A stretch of DNA of 63,966 nucleotides, the filler included, from Reticulomyxa filosa (lineage: Eukaryota; Protista; Foraminifera): NCBI GenBank assembly GCA_000512085.1. It is 22 parts of 22 records of this genome, joined end to end, with 100 filler letters (N's around TTAATTAATTAA, not from the genome) between each part and the next. Parts side by side here need not be neighbours in the genome. Positions count along the whole stretch, not along the records: positions 24,253 to 25,252 come from ASPP01050504.1; positions 25,353 to 30,481 come from ASPP01021564.1; positions 30,582 to 32,075 come from ASPP01012628.1; positions 32,176 to 34,765 come from ASPP01006967.1; positions 34,866 to 40,559 come from ASPP01004543.1; 17 more parts are not named here. The stretch is one strand, 5' to 3'. Under the pieces are notes generated by a model. The model did no database searches. It was not told the DNA's origin and saw nothing but the letters and a program-made list of their open reading frames with translations. How positions within the stretch are numbered: position 1 is the stretch's first letter; each line of letters begins with the position of its first letter. Made by a program: the position numbers and the translations under genes. Of this stretch, positions 24,575 through 37,244 are shown piece after piece.

Positions 24575-24846
24575 TTTTTTAAATGAAAAAAGGGGGAAAT
24601 AAATGAGAAAAATTTGGAAAATAAATTGGGGAAAAATTGATTTTGAAAAATTTTTATTTAAGAAAATTGAAGAAAATAAAAAAATGAAGGAAAAAAATGT
24701 AAAAAATAAAAAAAATGTTGAAAAATTTAAAAGAAAAAGAAAATAAAATAAAGAAGATAATGAAAAAAAAGTAAAAAAAAATTCAAAAGAGAAAAAAAAA
24801 GATAGAAAAAAAAGCGAAAAAAGAAAAAAGAAAGAAAAAAAAAAAG
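24575..24846. repeat. A-rich low-complexity tract
   Basis: Runs of A interspersed with G and T. Confidence 0.7.
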
Positions 24847-25352
24847 TCATATCATGTTGGCTTTGTTTGAAAGAAAAAAAAACAACCAGTTGGCAGAGAA
24901 ATTATTGTATTTTCTATCTCCGTCACTGCAAGGGCTGTGTGACTTGCGTTCGTCAAAAGAGCGTACGTCATCCAAGGCCAAAGTGTGTATCTCATTACAA
25001 GTATGACAATAGCAAATGAATTTGGTATTTAGAAAATATCCATGGTGTATAACTGCATTGGAACAATCGAAGCTTTAGAGGAAAGTATGATAAACTCTTG
25101 GCAACAAAGAATCATTGCATAAAGACAACAACGATAACGACCCCGCAATCGACGATCCTCCAATTAAAAACATTCAATCCAAACAATCGCACAATCTTCG
25201 TCAATGGAAACAACAGGCGTTGTCAAATACATTAGTTATCCTCTTTTTTCCTNNNNNNNNNNNNNNNNNNNNNNNNNNNNNNNNNNNNNNNNNNNNTTAA
25301 TTAATTAANNNNNNNNNNNNNNNNNNNNNNNNNNNNNNNNNNNNNNNNNNNN

Positions 25353-25390
<38 letters not shown>

Positions 25391-25397
25391 AAAATAG

Positions 25398-26285
25398 CTC
25401 AAACACTTTAACTTATTAAAAGTCTTTCAAGGACATACCTATCACGTGAGAAGCGCAAAATTTTCACCAAATGCTTCCCTTATTGTTTCAGCTTCCAACG
25501 ACGGGACTGTCCGATTGTGGAATACAGAGCAAGGAACTGAAATTAAAAGCTTGGAAGGACATTTACATAATATCAATGATGCACAGTTTTCACCAGATGG
25601 TAAGATGATTGTGTCATGTTCCGATGATCACACTATACTGTTGTGGGACGTAAATACCGGGGTAATATTAAAAATGCTGGCGGGACATACAAGCAATGTT
25701 ACTAGAGCTCAATTTTCACCAGATGGCCAGACTATTATATCATGCTCAAGTGATGATACTGTTCGAATATGGGATGTGAAATCTGGACAACAGTTGAAAA
25801 AATTAGAAGGGCGTATATATGGTGTAAATGATGCACAATTTTCACCAGATGGCAATTATGCTGCAATATCCTTCCATGACAAAGTTGCTATCTGGAATGT
25901 GAAAACTGAAGAAAAATTGCAAAAATTGAGTAAACATTATGACTATGTGATAAGAGCACAATTTTCTCCGGACAACCTTTCTGTTGTTTCTTGCTCGAAA
26001 GATAATTCAGCTCGGATCTGGAATGTAAAATCTGGAAGTGTAATAAAAGAATTTGAAGGACATTCAAGTTGGGTAACTGATGTGAAATTTTTACCGGATG
26101 GACAAACTATTGTGTCCTGTTCAAAAGACAAAACAATTCGATGGTGGGATGTGAAATCAGGAGAGGAAATACAGAAATTAGAAGGGCATTTGGATTTTGT
26201 AACAGGATTGGATATATCACCCGACGGTAATACTATAATATCGTCTTCCAATGACAAAACAATTCGGCTATGGAGTCGAATATAA
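25398..26285 (+). CDS. WD40-repeat protein (7 repeats; terminal exon, 5' partial)
   Basis: Acceptor aaaatag|ctc. Repeated GH..V....FSPDG..IVS.S.D.T+R+WD motifs; stop TAA at 26283-26285. Confidence 0.92.
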   Translation, partial: LKHFNLLKVFQGHTYHVRSAKFSPNASLIVSASNDGTVRLWNTEQGTEIKSLEGHLHNINDAQFSPDGKMIVSCSDDHTILLWDVNTGVILKMLAGHTSNVTRAQFSPDGQTIISCSSDDTVRIWDVKSGQQLKKLEGRIYGVNDAQFSPDGNYAAISFHDKVAIWNVKTEEKLQKLSKHYDYVIRAQFSPDNLSVVSCSKDNSARIWNVKSGSVIKEFEGHSSWVTDVKFLPDGQTIVSCSKDKTIRWWDVKSGEEIQKLEGHLDFVTGLDISPDGNTIISSSNDKTIRLWSRI

Positions 26286-26980
26286 CTACAAAACTGGCAT
26301 TGTTAGTTTTGAAAAAATTTGTTAGTTATTATATAAAATTTAATTTGATCATTAGATTAAAAATATAATAATTTACTATCTTTTATTGTAATGCCTTTTA
26401 CTTGAAAATTCACACTGATATATATTGACTGGAGATATCACGTAAAATAGTTTGATCAAAATGATTTGCTAAGTTCAAAATCTTTAGCAGTTAAATATTT
26501 TTTTGCTGTTAGAAACTGCATCTATCTTGCCACTCACAACGATAAATTTTTCTTAAATCTTGATTTTAACGTATTTTCGTTTCACTTTTTAATTAGTCTT
26601 GTAATCGGAGCTTACAATTAATTACTTGTCACTAACCACTTTTATTCGATACAAAAATACACTTTTATATTATTTGCATATTCATAATTGCAACATCAAT
26701 TTTAATAATTACTTATTACAAAAAGGGTTGTCCCTTTTTTGTTTTGTAAAGACAGTAGCATATTCATAAATTAATATTTGATCAAGATTTAATCATAGTA
26801 ATCCTTTGTCTATACTAATACAACACTTAGAATATGGTATGTTGTTATAGTGCAATATGCGATGGGCACAGAGATTTAATTGATTACATCATTTTATATG
26901 AAGAAATTTCTTCTTTTTCTAACTCTTTAAATTACAATCTAATTCGGACATACTTTCAGCCTTAGTTTCCCTACATTATA

Positions 26981-27401
26981 CAGTATAATGCAAAGTAAAG
27001 TTGATACATAAAACGTCACCTTAAAGAGATGATTGATTTTCTTCATGAAAAAACAACATTCAAACATAATTTTTTAAAAAATATACAAATCGTGTAGTTT
27101 TTAAATATCATTTTGGTTTTTTATTACATCTTTACTAATTGTTTAAAAAATTTGAATATTTTATTCATTTTTGAAAATTTTCAAGAAAAAGTTGATAATC
27201 GTGACTATGTCGTAACCATGAAATTTGCCAACTTTTTTTAAAGCATTTTCAAAAGTGCTCAATACGTAATCATTTCAAAAAAAAATAAAAAATGATTAAA
27301 AAAACACAAATATTGAACTATGCTGAGCTAAAAAAAAAGACGAAATGTTGAAATAATTATGAAAGATTTAATAAAAAACCACTTTACCTTGCATTATACT
27401 G
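26981..27401 (+). mobile_element. 421-bp MITE with 21-bp TIRs and TA TSD
   Basis: TA|CAGTATAATGCAAAGTAAAGT ... ACTTTACCTTGCATTATACTG|TA (one mismatch). The subterminal sequence is related to the other copies. Confidence 0.9.
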
Positions 27402-27886
27402 TATTTGAAAAAGTATTCATTTATTGCGATATAGTTTGAATTTATGATTTTTAGTTTTCACATTGAAATAGAATTGTATTGTTGAGAAGATACTATGAAA
27501 TGTATTCGGATAAAATATTCACCAAATTGATATGTAAGAAAATGTAAAATTTAAAAATCAAAATATTGCATTTAAAAATTTTTCAAAACTTTTACTGATT
27601 ACCTGTTTATAAATGTAATTAACATATCTCTTTGCTTCCTGGATCGTCAGTATTTTATTTTGTAAATTAACGGACAATAATAAACATCTTACTTAGAATT
27701 TTAAATTTCTATGTATACTTTATAAACACACCGTCCGTGTTTTGTTAACGCTGTTCGTTAGACTAACAAAATGAAGCACTGTTGTTTTTGGTTTTTCGTT
27801 TCAGAGTGGAGAAGTGGACAGAACCACGCGACTACCCTTTAGAAGAAAAAAAGATATCAAAGAAAGCTATTCGTGAGTTAGTCTAT

Positions 27887-28645
27887 ATGGCGAAATTACG
27901 TGTGTGTTATGATGATGTAGTGGAGTTACAAGATGGGAAAAAAGGGACAGTAAAGTATATAGGGTATACTGACTTCCTTCCAGGACGTACGTGGTTTGGA
28001 ATTGAATTGGAAAAAAAGGAAGGCAAGCATAACGGAAAGATAAAAAATCGAGTATATTTTGTATGTCCAGAGAACTGCGGTGTATTTGTGCAATCGAAGG
28101 ACATTGTAACAGTTTTGAAAAGTTTTGCTGAGATAAAAAAGATTGTTAGCAAAAGTGTACGTGGGGGGGAAGGGGGGCCTTCGATCACAAGTTTAAAAAT
28201 TTTTTTTTTTTTAAAAAAAAAAGGGAACAATGGACCACATCAGATTCCGTTGAACGAGATTGCAATGGTAAATAACTACGGAAAGGGACGTGTAAGATTT
28301 ATAGGTCAAACAAAGTTTGATGAGACGGGGATATGGTATGGGATCGAATTGGTGGAGAAGGGGGGAGAAAAAGCAATGAAAGGGAACAATAACGGAAGTA
28401 TTGACAATGTAGTTTATTTCCGTTGCGATAACCAGTGCGGAGTGTTTGTGCGTCCAGACCAAGTGAAGCCCATTGGTGAAAAAGCAGACACCATTCGCAC
28501 CTCCAATCCATCGACAGCCAAGTCAGCCAAGCGTCACAGCACCGGAGTGATAGCCATGCCAGCCATCCGCTCTTCGGCTCACATGGCCAACCGAGGAAAG
28601 CAAGCGCAGTCACAGAAGACAAAGAACCAAAGTAAGCCTGGAAAA

Positions 28646-28678
<33 letters not shown>

Positions 28679-30366
28679 GCTAGTCCAAGCAATCCAAAAG
28701 CAAGTAGTAATGCAAAGAAAGGTCCCCATTTGACCCCAGCCTTGAAACAAAACAGCAGTGCCGATGACACGACCTCATCTGCAGAGCTGTCATCGCAATC
28801 GCCATCGCCATCCAAATCACACCAATTGAAGGCGCCATATTCGTTGGAGAATAAAGACGCGGAGACATACAACTCAAGCGAGGAAGACGAAGATGAAGAG
28901 GATGAAGATGATCAAAACGAAGAAGAAGAAGAAGAAGAAGAGAAGATGAAGATGAAGATGAAGAAAAAAGAAAGGGCGCAAATGCGGCAGTTGATGCTTC
29001 ATCTCAACAAAGAGCACTGCATCGCAAAAGTGACAGTGCAATTTTGGCTCTAAACGCGTTACAACTCGATGCCAAGACATTTGCGGAAATTTCTTCGGAA
29101 GAAAAGGGAAATGGAAAAGGAAAGGAAATGAGAAAAGAAAAAGAAAAAGAAAAAGAAAAAAAGGGAGAACAGAATACAAGTGCAAGTGAAAGCAAAGCGG
29201 CGATTGAAAAAGAGCCCACACAGCCCGCAAATCTGACCAATCGAGCACACTCAACCAAGTCTGTGGTGACAATAAAACCTGCGAATCCAATCAAAGCGAC
29301 GCCGGCAAAGTCAACCAAAGGCACAAAAGCAACTGCGATGACTGTCACTCGCGCCGAAACGGACAAAGTCAAACGCAAAAGTTTGAACGGGGTGTCACTG
29401 TTGACAACAAAAAACCCCACTTCGACAAAGGCTGGTCAACAGCAACAAAAGTATTCAAGCAGTGGTCAAAATACCCCAAAGAGGTCACCAAAAGGAAAGG
29501 AGAATGAAAAAGAAAAAGAAAAGGAAAAAAAGAAGGAAAATCCAAAAGCAAAGACGAAACCAAAAGCGACAGTTCCAACTTCAAGCAAGCGCACAAGCAT
29601 GATAGTCGCAACTAAGCTCCAAGTGGCCATACGAACGGAAAAACAAGGTGACACGTCCACAGTAGACAAAGCAGCCACAGAAGACCAATCCCATGAAGCC
29701 AAAACCCCAGTTCAAGTCAGAATCTCGCATACCGAGTTGGCCAATGAAGCATCAGATAATGACTGTCTTGACGGTTACTTGAGAGAGAGAGAGAAAGAGA
29801 GAGAGAGAACACACAAACACAATATTTTTAAGACGCTATATGTACATATATATGTATCTTTATATATTGTAGTGTATTGCACACATACACACATAACGTA
29901 TACTGCATACATGAAGCATATGGCATTGCATTAAAAAAAAAGAAAAAAAGAAAAATCGCCAATGGCAAAGAACGTGTCAAAAAAAAATGGTGAGTCTCGA
30001 AAAAAGGGCCACAATGGCGACAATGAAAAGCGCAAAAACAGGGGCGCAGAGTGGCACCACACTACTATGGTCCCACAGACACGAAAGGAGAAGTTGGCGA
30101 ATCTCGAAAAGGTAAAGCGCAAGCGGTCAGGAAGTTATGGTCATGCCTCTGATGCACTACGTCGTGACGTGCGTTCAGCGGACCAAAAATCGGAGACGAC
30201 GAAAAAAGGAAAAGGAAAAGAAAAAGAAAAAGAAAAAGAAGCAGAAGCAGAAACGGAAACAAACGAAAGAAAAGAAGAAGAAATAGAACGCAATTGGCAT
30301 CGCCGTTCGGCGATGACATCGAGCGAGTACGAGGATGCATTTTTTGTCACCAGTGGTAATTTGTAA
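27887..30366 (+). CDS. Protein with 2 N-terminal CAP-Gly domains and a long low-complexity basic/acidic tail (multi-exon, end uncertain)
   Basis: GTVKYIG..WFGIELEKKEGKHNGKIKNRVYFVCPENCGVFV and GRVRFIG..WYGIEL..GNNNGSIDNVVYFRCDNQCGVFV. Poly-Q, poly-E and KEKE tracts; frameshift in the GAA/GAT repeat near 28940. Confidence 0.8.
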
Positions 30367-30441
30367 CAAGAGTTGGTTTTTTGCCTCGCAAAATCCATTT
30401 GTGTGCAAAAAAATTGATGGTATTTAATTATTGTTTGCACA

Positions 30442-30481
<40 letters not shown>

Positions 30482-30581
30482 NNNNNNNNNNNNNNNNNNN
30501 NNNNNNNNNNNNNNNNNNNNNNNNNTTAATTAATTAANNNNNNNNNNNNNNNNNNNNNNNNNNNNNNNNNNNNNNNNNNNN

Positions 30582-31667
30582 CTAGCTTTTTGCGCCACAG
30601 TTCAGGGCGCGTTGCTGTCGCATTTCTGCATCATCTGCTGTTGTTATCCAGCCACCAAGGTTGGCCGCAACCAGCTCGGACAGGGCTGAAATCCATGCTG
30701 GGTGTTCGTTCAGGCAAGGGATGTAGCGGTACTCCTTGCCACCGTGCGTCAGGAAATCCTCTTTTCCTTCCATGGCAATCTCTTCCAGCGTTTCCAGGCA
30801 GTCGCTGACAAAACCCGGACACAGGATGTCCACTTTCGCTACGCCGGCTTTGGCCAGCCCGGTGAGTACTTCGGTCGTGTAGGGCTTGATCCACTCTGCC
30901 TTGCCGAAGCGGCTCTGGAAGCTGACGACGTATTCGTCCTTGCCAAGGCCCAGTGCCTCTGCCAGCAAGCGACCGGTCTTCAGGCATTCGCAGTGGTACG
31001 GGTCGCCTTTGTCCAGCGTAAAGCGCGGCACGCCGTGAAAGCTCATCACCAGCTTGTCGCCACGGCCATTGACGCGCCAGAACTCACGCACATTCTGCGC
31101 CAGTGCCTGGATGTAGCCGGGATGATCGTGAAAATGGCGGACCGTGCGCACCTCGGGCATGTTCCGCATCCTCATCAGCGTGCGGAAGACATCGTCCAGT
31201 GCGGTGGCGCTGGACGAGCCGGCGTACTGCGGATACAGCGGCACCACCAGCAGGCGTTCGACGCCGGCTTCGCGCATTTTTACCAAGGTTTGCTCAACCG
31301 ACGGCTGGCCATAGCGCATGGCGTACTCCACCACCAGGTTACGGTGGCCTTGCTCGCCCAGCAGGCCTTTCAACAGCGAGGCCTGTTTACGGGTGTGATC
31401 CAGCAATGGGGAGCCGTCTTTGGTCCAGATCGACGCGTACTTGGCCGCGCTTTTGCGCGGGCGCACATTCAGGATGATGCCGTTCAGAATGAACCACCAG
31501 ACCGCTTTCGGAATCTCGATAACGCGGCTGTCGGACAGAAACTGTTTGAGGTAAGGCCGCAGCGCCTTGGCGGTGGGGGCGGCGGGCGTACCCAGATTGA
31601 TCAGCAGGACGCCGGTTTTCGGGGAGTAGTCGTGGCGGAACGCGGGTTCTTGCAGTAGGGCAGGCAT
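30582..31667 (-). CDS. hemH: Ferrochelatase (bacterial)
   Basis: [58 protein letters not shown] and [14 protein letters not shown]. Likely start MPALLQEP at 31667, preceded by GGAC. GC-rich and intronless. Confidence 0.97.
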   Translation of the reverse strand: MPALLQEPAFRHDYSPKTGVLLINLGTPAAPTAKALRPYLKQFLSDSRVIEIPKAVWWFILNGIILNVRPRKSAAKYASIWTKDGSPLLDHTRKQASLLKGLLGEQGHRNLVVEYAMRYGQPSVEQTLVKMREAGVERLLVVPLYPQYAGSSSATALDDVFRTLMRMRNMPEVRTVRHFHDHPGYIQALAQNVREFWRVNGRGDKLVMSFHGVPRFTLDKGDPYHCECLKTGRLLAEALGLGKDEYVVSFQSRFGKAEWIKPYTTEVLTGLAKAGVAKVDILCPGFVSDCLETLEEIAMEGKEDFLTHGGKEYRYIPCLNEHPAWISALSELVAANLGGWITTADDAEMRQQRALNCGAKS

Positions 31668-31714
31668 GATTTGTCCAGTACAAAACGGTGGCGCAAGCTT
31701 AACCGGCTTGCAGC

Positions 31715-31748
31715 AAAAAGCAATGGCTGCCGTGGCAGCCATTGCTTT
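31715..31748 (-). terminator. Rho-independent terminator downstream of ftsK
   Basis: Perfect inverted repeat AAAGCAATGGCTGCC-gt-GGCAGCCATTGCTTT, with a T-run on the minus strand. Confidence 0.85.
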
Positions 31749-31782
31749 GGAACAGGAACATATAAGGTTGGCCGCAGCAGCG

Positions 31783-32075
31783 TCAGTCTTCGCGAGCCGG
31801 CGCTAGCACCGTCCGGTTGCCATTGGTTTCCATGGCGGATACCACGCCGGCAGCTTCCATTTGCTCGATCAGGCGGGCCGCGCGGTTGTAGCCGATGCGT
31901 AAGTGGCGCTGTACCGACGAGATGGACGCCTTGCGCGTTTTCAGCACAATGGCGACCGCCTCATCGTACAGCGGGTCGGCCTCGGCATCGCTGCTGCCGC
32001 TGGCGGTGAAGTCGCCGCTGGCGCTGTCTTCGCCTTCGGCTGCGCCGGTGAGATGCCCTCTATATAGTCCGGCTC
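31783..32075 (-). CDS. ftsK: DNA translocase FtsK C-terminal gamma domain (5' partial)
   Basis: [75 protein letters not shown]. Absent from the ORF track; one frameshift near the contig edge. Confidence 0.93.
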
Positions 32076-32175
32076 NNNNNNNNNNNNNNNNNNNNNNNNN
32101 NNNNNNNNNNNNNNNNNNNTTAATTAATTAANNNNNNNNNNNNNNNNNNNNNNNNNNNNNNNNNNNNNNNNNNNN

Positions 32176-34765
32176 CCAAAATAATGTCAGCACAATGAAC
32201 GGAAATAGCACTGTTGAAAATTAAATTAAATCGAACATAAAATTTACCTGGTAGATTTAATCTCATATTTTTGCCCATGTTATACAATGAACGAAGGGCT
32301 GTAATCCATGCTTTGTGAACATTGAATGTTTGTCTGTCTGTATTCAATTTGTGCAAGATGTTATGGGCTTGTGTGTATTGCCCAGATCGCAAGCTTTCTG
32401 TGACTTCTTCCAATCTGGAATATGCACTAATAGATACTTCATTATTACTTATCATAGAATGTAGCTGTTCAAATTTTAAACGTATATTATCTAGCGACGC
32501 TTTTTCACTCTGTTTTTATTTTTTGTTCGTGTGCTTTTTAATTTTTTTTATGTGAAAAAGATGGTGTGTGTGTCGCTTGTAAATAACTGTATTGAAAGTG
32601 TTGGATACTACTCTTTCGACTTCATCAACATAAGCAAAGAGCTTATTCACTGTTTGAATTGCATCATCAGGAAGTGGTTGATTGTCGGCATTGCCCTTCA
32701 AATTTGTTTCTCCATAAAATCCAGAGCCAGTGGTTTGCTTTTTGGGCTGTTCTTTGGGCTGTAATGGTTGCTCTACACGAGATTGTCTTGTCATGTCTTG
32801 TTGTGGTAATCTCTGAGCCATGATATTTTGTTCGGGCACGTTTGGTAAAGCTCGAGAGTTGGGAAATTGTATCGGCTGGGGATTTGGTATAGTTCTTGTC
32901 TGGACACCTCTCTGTGTTAAATGTATCACAAGAAAAAAAGTTAAAAGATCAAACAAAAAAAAAAATCCTTCTTAGATATTGGAAGAACACAAGTTATATG
33001 CAAAAAATAAAGTATGAACATAAATGGGATTACATCCAGTGGAAATTGTCTTGTAGCTCCTCTAATTGGGAAACCGGGGATCTTCCAGCAGATCGGAATG
33101 GCAAATGTTCGGTTGCCGTGCTCTTGGATGAAACGTCTGGTGGTGGTGGATTGTTAGCAGTATCATTAACAACAGGTGGATAAGAAGGCGGTCGTCTAAT
33201 GGTAGGGAAAGAGGGTGGAGGTTGAGGCCTTGTGTCAGGATTGGCAAGCGATCGACGCGCTTCTTCTGCAGTAGCTATCGGATTAGGCCTTTCTTTGGGA
33301 ATACTCCTTATTGGAGGACGATCTGGCCGCATGAGACGCGATTCATTTTGTGATTGTGGCTGTTGCACTTGTGGTTGAGCTTGTTTTTTCAAATCGAAAG
33401 GCGTTGGTTGATTTAACTCATTAGGATAAGTAGGCGCCGATGGCAGTTGCGATGAAGTCGTGTCATAAGCAGGAGAAGGCAAGTGCGCTTGTCGAATTGG
33501 CTTGGCAGGCTTAGTGCGCGATATAACAGAATGTCTTGACGTAGCATCTTGAGTGTATGGTGGTTTGGGCTGAGCATGAAGAGCTGTGGCATTGCCCGAA
33601 GGAGTGGCTGTGTTCATGAAAGTCGTCGTTGTAGCCGCCGCCGTGTGCTGAACATCGCTTTCGCTAATGGCGATTCGTTGCAACAAGGCTTGGGTTTCTT
33701 CATTGACATACGTGCCAGCAGGACATCGAGCATCACTGATAAACTTCAAAAACTGAGCACTCACTTGCAATGAACCTTGGCTTGCCAATAAAGTCGCATA
33801 TTTGCTGAAAATGTCTGCCAATGCATTCACGTTTTCTTTGCTTTTGGGCACGCTTGGAGCGTTGATAAACACAAGGACTTTTTCAATGCATTCGTGCAAC
33901 ACCAAGTCTGGACTGACTTGTTTGCTTAACACTTCCGCGGCTTTGACTTCCTCATCTTTTTAATTGTTTTGTTTTCGTTGCTGTACATTTTGATGAAGAT
34001 ATATAAATATATAAACATATGTATACATGTTTGTGATCCCAACAAATCCAATGTCCACAAGTTAATGAGCTCAGCTACATTGTGACTGCACAAATAGCAT
34101 GTCACAGCACCATGAACATTTTCAGCCTCTCGAACTAGTCGTTGTCCTAACAGATTGCACAACTTATTACCGGCATCTCCTTTGCAGAAGCTCAAAATTA
34201 TTGCCAATGTTTCTTTCCAATTTTTCAAATTCCTTTTTTTTTTTTTTTTTTGTCAAATGCACACAATTCACAAAAACGTTATCATTTTATATATACATAA
34301 ATACATTTACAGTTTTTTAAAAGTTCATTCAGTTTGACTCCTCTCCCCCTTTTTTTCTTCTGCCTCGAATCCATTGTTTTTTGAAAGTTGATAAAAAGAG
34401 TCGAAAATGTAACTGAAGTAAGCACCAATTGGTCGTGCTGACCATAGGACAAATGAGAGTAAACATTTTTAAAGAAAGACGATCGATGTCGTGTATAAAA
34501 AGACTTTCGTGTGGTTTCCCACAAATCGTCACCGCCATCATAAGCGAGTATCAAGGCATCCGCCATACGACCGGCCTGCAGTGCAATTTCCACTGCCCGT
34601 TTGTAGTTGCCACCAACAAGAGCATTCTTAATACCAATGTCAACCTCCATATCGACCTCCTGAGCTTCATCCTTTCTTTCTTTTTCAGTGTCTCTGGTTT
34701 TATGTTTGCCTCCTGGCCCAGCTCCATTTCCTTTTTTGTGCCTTTACGTACTTGATCCCGGTCCA
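32176..34765 (-). CDS. SEC31: COPII coat protein Sec31, C-terminal half (multi-exon, partial)
   Basis: IKNALVGGNYKRAVEIALQAGRMADALILAYDGGDDLW, NWKETLAIIL..LCNLLGQRL..AVTCYLCS, YATLLASQG, then a Pro-rich region and a C-terminal helical domain ending HKAWITALRSL. Confidence 0.88.
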
Positions 34766-37244
34766 NNNNNNNNNNNNNNNNNNNNNNNNNNNNNNNNNNN
34801 NNNNNNNNNTTAATTAATTAANNNNNNNNNNNNNNNNNNNNNNNNNNNNNNNNNNNNNNNNNNNNACTTTAATGTTTTTTTTTCCATTTTTTGGAAAAAA
34901 AAAAGGTGAAGGCCGCATTTCGGCAATATGGAAACTTTTCATGTTTTCCATCGTCGTTTGTGTGTCTCTCCTCTAAAAACTTTAGCTGTATGGCTTCATT
35001 TTAAGCCAACACTCTCTAATTTCTTTACTTTCTTTTAGTTCTTTTTTTGATGTTGTGGTAGCGAAAGTGTCATACGTGGTCAAATGAAATGATGTTATTT
35101 GTACATAAGCCAAACTTCCGTTCCAAACTTGTGTGTATGTTGAAGAAGATTGCGTTGGTATTTAAAAAGCATTATCAACGAATGCATGAAGTGTTTTTAT
35201 TAATGAAATGATGTTTTGTTTAATCTATAGTTGGAAGTAAAGAAGTTATTGAATGTTGCCACTGGCCGTGTAAGTATAAGTGCTGGAGCGCTTATAGAAT
35301 ATGTCACAACCCAGCGATTCATTGTTGTGACAACAGTACGTGTATCAATGTTTAACTTTGTTGTCTTGTATTCGTGTAGACATAACTCAGTACCAACTGC
35401 CACGCATTTGACGTACAGCTCTCACGATGCTTGGTTGGACACAATATAAATAACACTGTGCAACTCAACATTGTTACTATCCACAGCGCCGACATCAATG
35501 TCAACGGTGCTCCCATCAGCAATGCCAGTAACACCGACATCTACACAAATACTCTCCCCAAAGTCAACTCTGGCCACCAAATCAGTTGATTGCGCTCACC
35601 AAACTTCTAACGCTAAGTCCCATTGGCCGGGCGAACAGTATGATAAGTGACTTGACCTCTGTCGTGACAGAAGATCATCAGCGTATCATCAAGAAGAGCA
35701 CGGAGGCTCATGCTCCAATACCTTTTTTTTTTTTAGATTAATTGAAAAAAATATTTGGCTGGCTCCACTCTGAATTTGGAGGCAAAAGATTTATCAAACG
35801 AGAAAAGGGCCCTTGGTATCACAAACAAAAGTATTAATTCTTTTGTCGCTGCGACTGTGCTTTGCCAGGTATATTTGTCGTAACTGTTTTACTTTGTGAT
35901 GAATGAGTGACACAGTGAATACTTGTATACAGATATCACTTTGACAATTCAATGCAAAGTTGTTGTCATCAAACAAAATAGGTGTGCGTATTGACACTCC
36001 ATCTGCACTTCCAATGTCACTGTCTCACCGAGTGCTTTGGAGTATAGATTGATTATTATGGCGAATGTGAGGTCCCCAACTGCAGCAATGTAGTGTCAGC
36101 AGCTCTTCCTCCGACTCTAACTCCAACTCCAACTGCCGCATATTGTTGGGGAGAAAGGAGGTCCATCAATGCACCTACTCGACGACAAACAGAAACCTTT
36201 GGTAAGATTGGGCGTACTCGCATATATCGAACGTGGCAGTTGTAATGGAAGCCATTGAATTTTATGAATGTAGCCACACTTAGCCGAAAATTTGTCTTCG
36301 CGAATTGGCAACCGAGGCACATGAAGCCACAGGAGTATCGACTAGTGGACGCAACAATACCATCAACATGTGACCAAAATGGAGCTCCAATACACATCAT
36401 AAAGTTTCAATTAAGATTTCCAAAAAATTTAAACATTATTATGAAATTCTGATTTCTATTCTATTGTGACCAATTCATTGATCGAATGAAATTTCTCGAT
36501 TATAAAAGTAACACTATGAACTGTTTAACATGACTCGTTTTGCTTCGAAAAAAAAAAAATAATTGAAAAGCAGTAATTTTCCCAAAAAAAAACTGTGATG
36601 AATGATGCGTGGATACTGAAAAAATTATAATGTCAATAACTCTTGTTCAGCACATAGCTTGCTTGCTACAATATGGTGCGTCTGGCAAGAGCAACTCGTT
36701 CTTTTTATATGGCACGTCGTTGCGTCACGTCGAATAGTCAGAAAAGATAGTAGTGTGATGGCGACGCAGCACCAGAAGCAAAGTGGTCCAAATGAGCCAT
36801 TGAAAAAAAATTATGCGAAATTAAAAGAACGGAAATCATATGCTCACTACTAAAGTAACAATTTTTTTTTTGTTGCTTCAAAGCACCGGCAAAAGTGGTT
36901 TAACATTATCACTGTCAATCTTCATATTCTTTTTTCACATGCATATGCATTTGATTGAAGTTTGAATTGTCAGTCAAACAAAAAATAAAAGAATATGCAC
37001 TCAACTCAATAGGTTTTTGCAACAGCTAATACAACACAAACAATAATTTTTTTTTGTGTTTCTTTATGATAAATTTAAAAAATCATTTTTGAATGGCAAC
37101 ACAATAACTCGTTCAAAAAAGATAAAGACCAAACATTTGTCTGCCAAATCGACTGTAATTAGAAACGAGAAGTTGATATAATCGAAAAGTAACACCAGAA
37201 AAGGGAAGGAGTAAGAAAAAATTCAAGCCCATCTAGATATCAAA

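Noticed and set aside
24563-24850. Phe-rich ORFs on T-rich strands (also 370-594 and 61520-61900)
   Set aside because: Artefacts of A/T low complexity or antisense to Lys/Glu-rich coding sequence.
30590-31683. Long antisense and alternate-frame ORFs over hemH (e.g. 318 aa on +)
   Set aside because: Shadow ORFs typical of GC-rich coding DNA.
31668-31742. N-terminal extension of hemH in the ORF track
   Set aside because: It overlaps the terminator hairpin. The start at 31667 has an RBS-like GGAC and gives a normal-length protein.
35150-36420. Short minus-strand ORFs with hydrophobic or coding-like stretches
   Set aside because: I could not build a consistent gene model or find a diagnostic motif.
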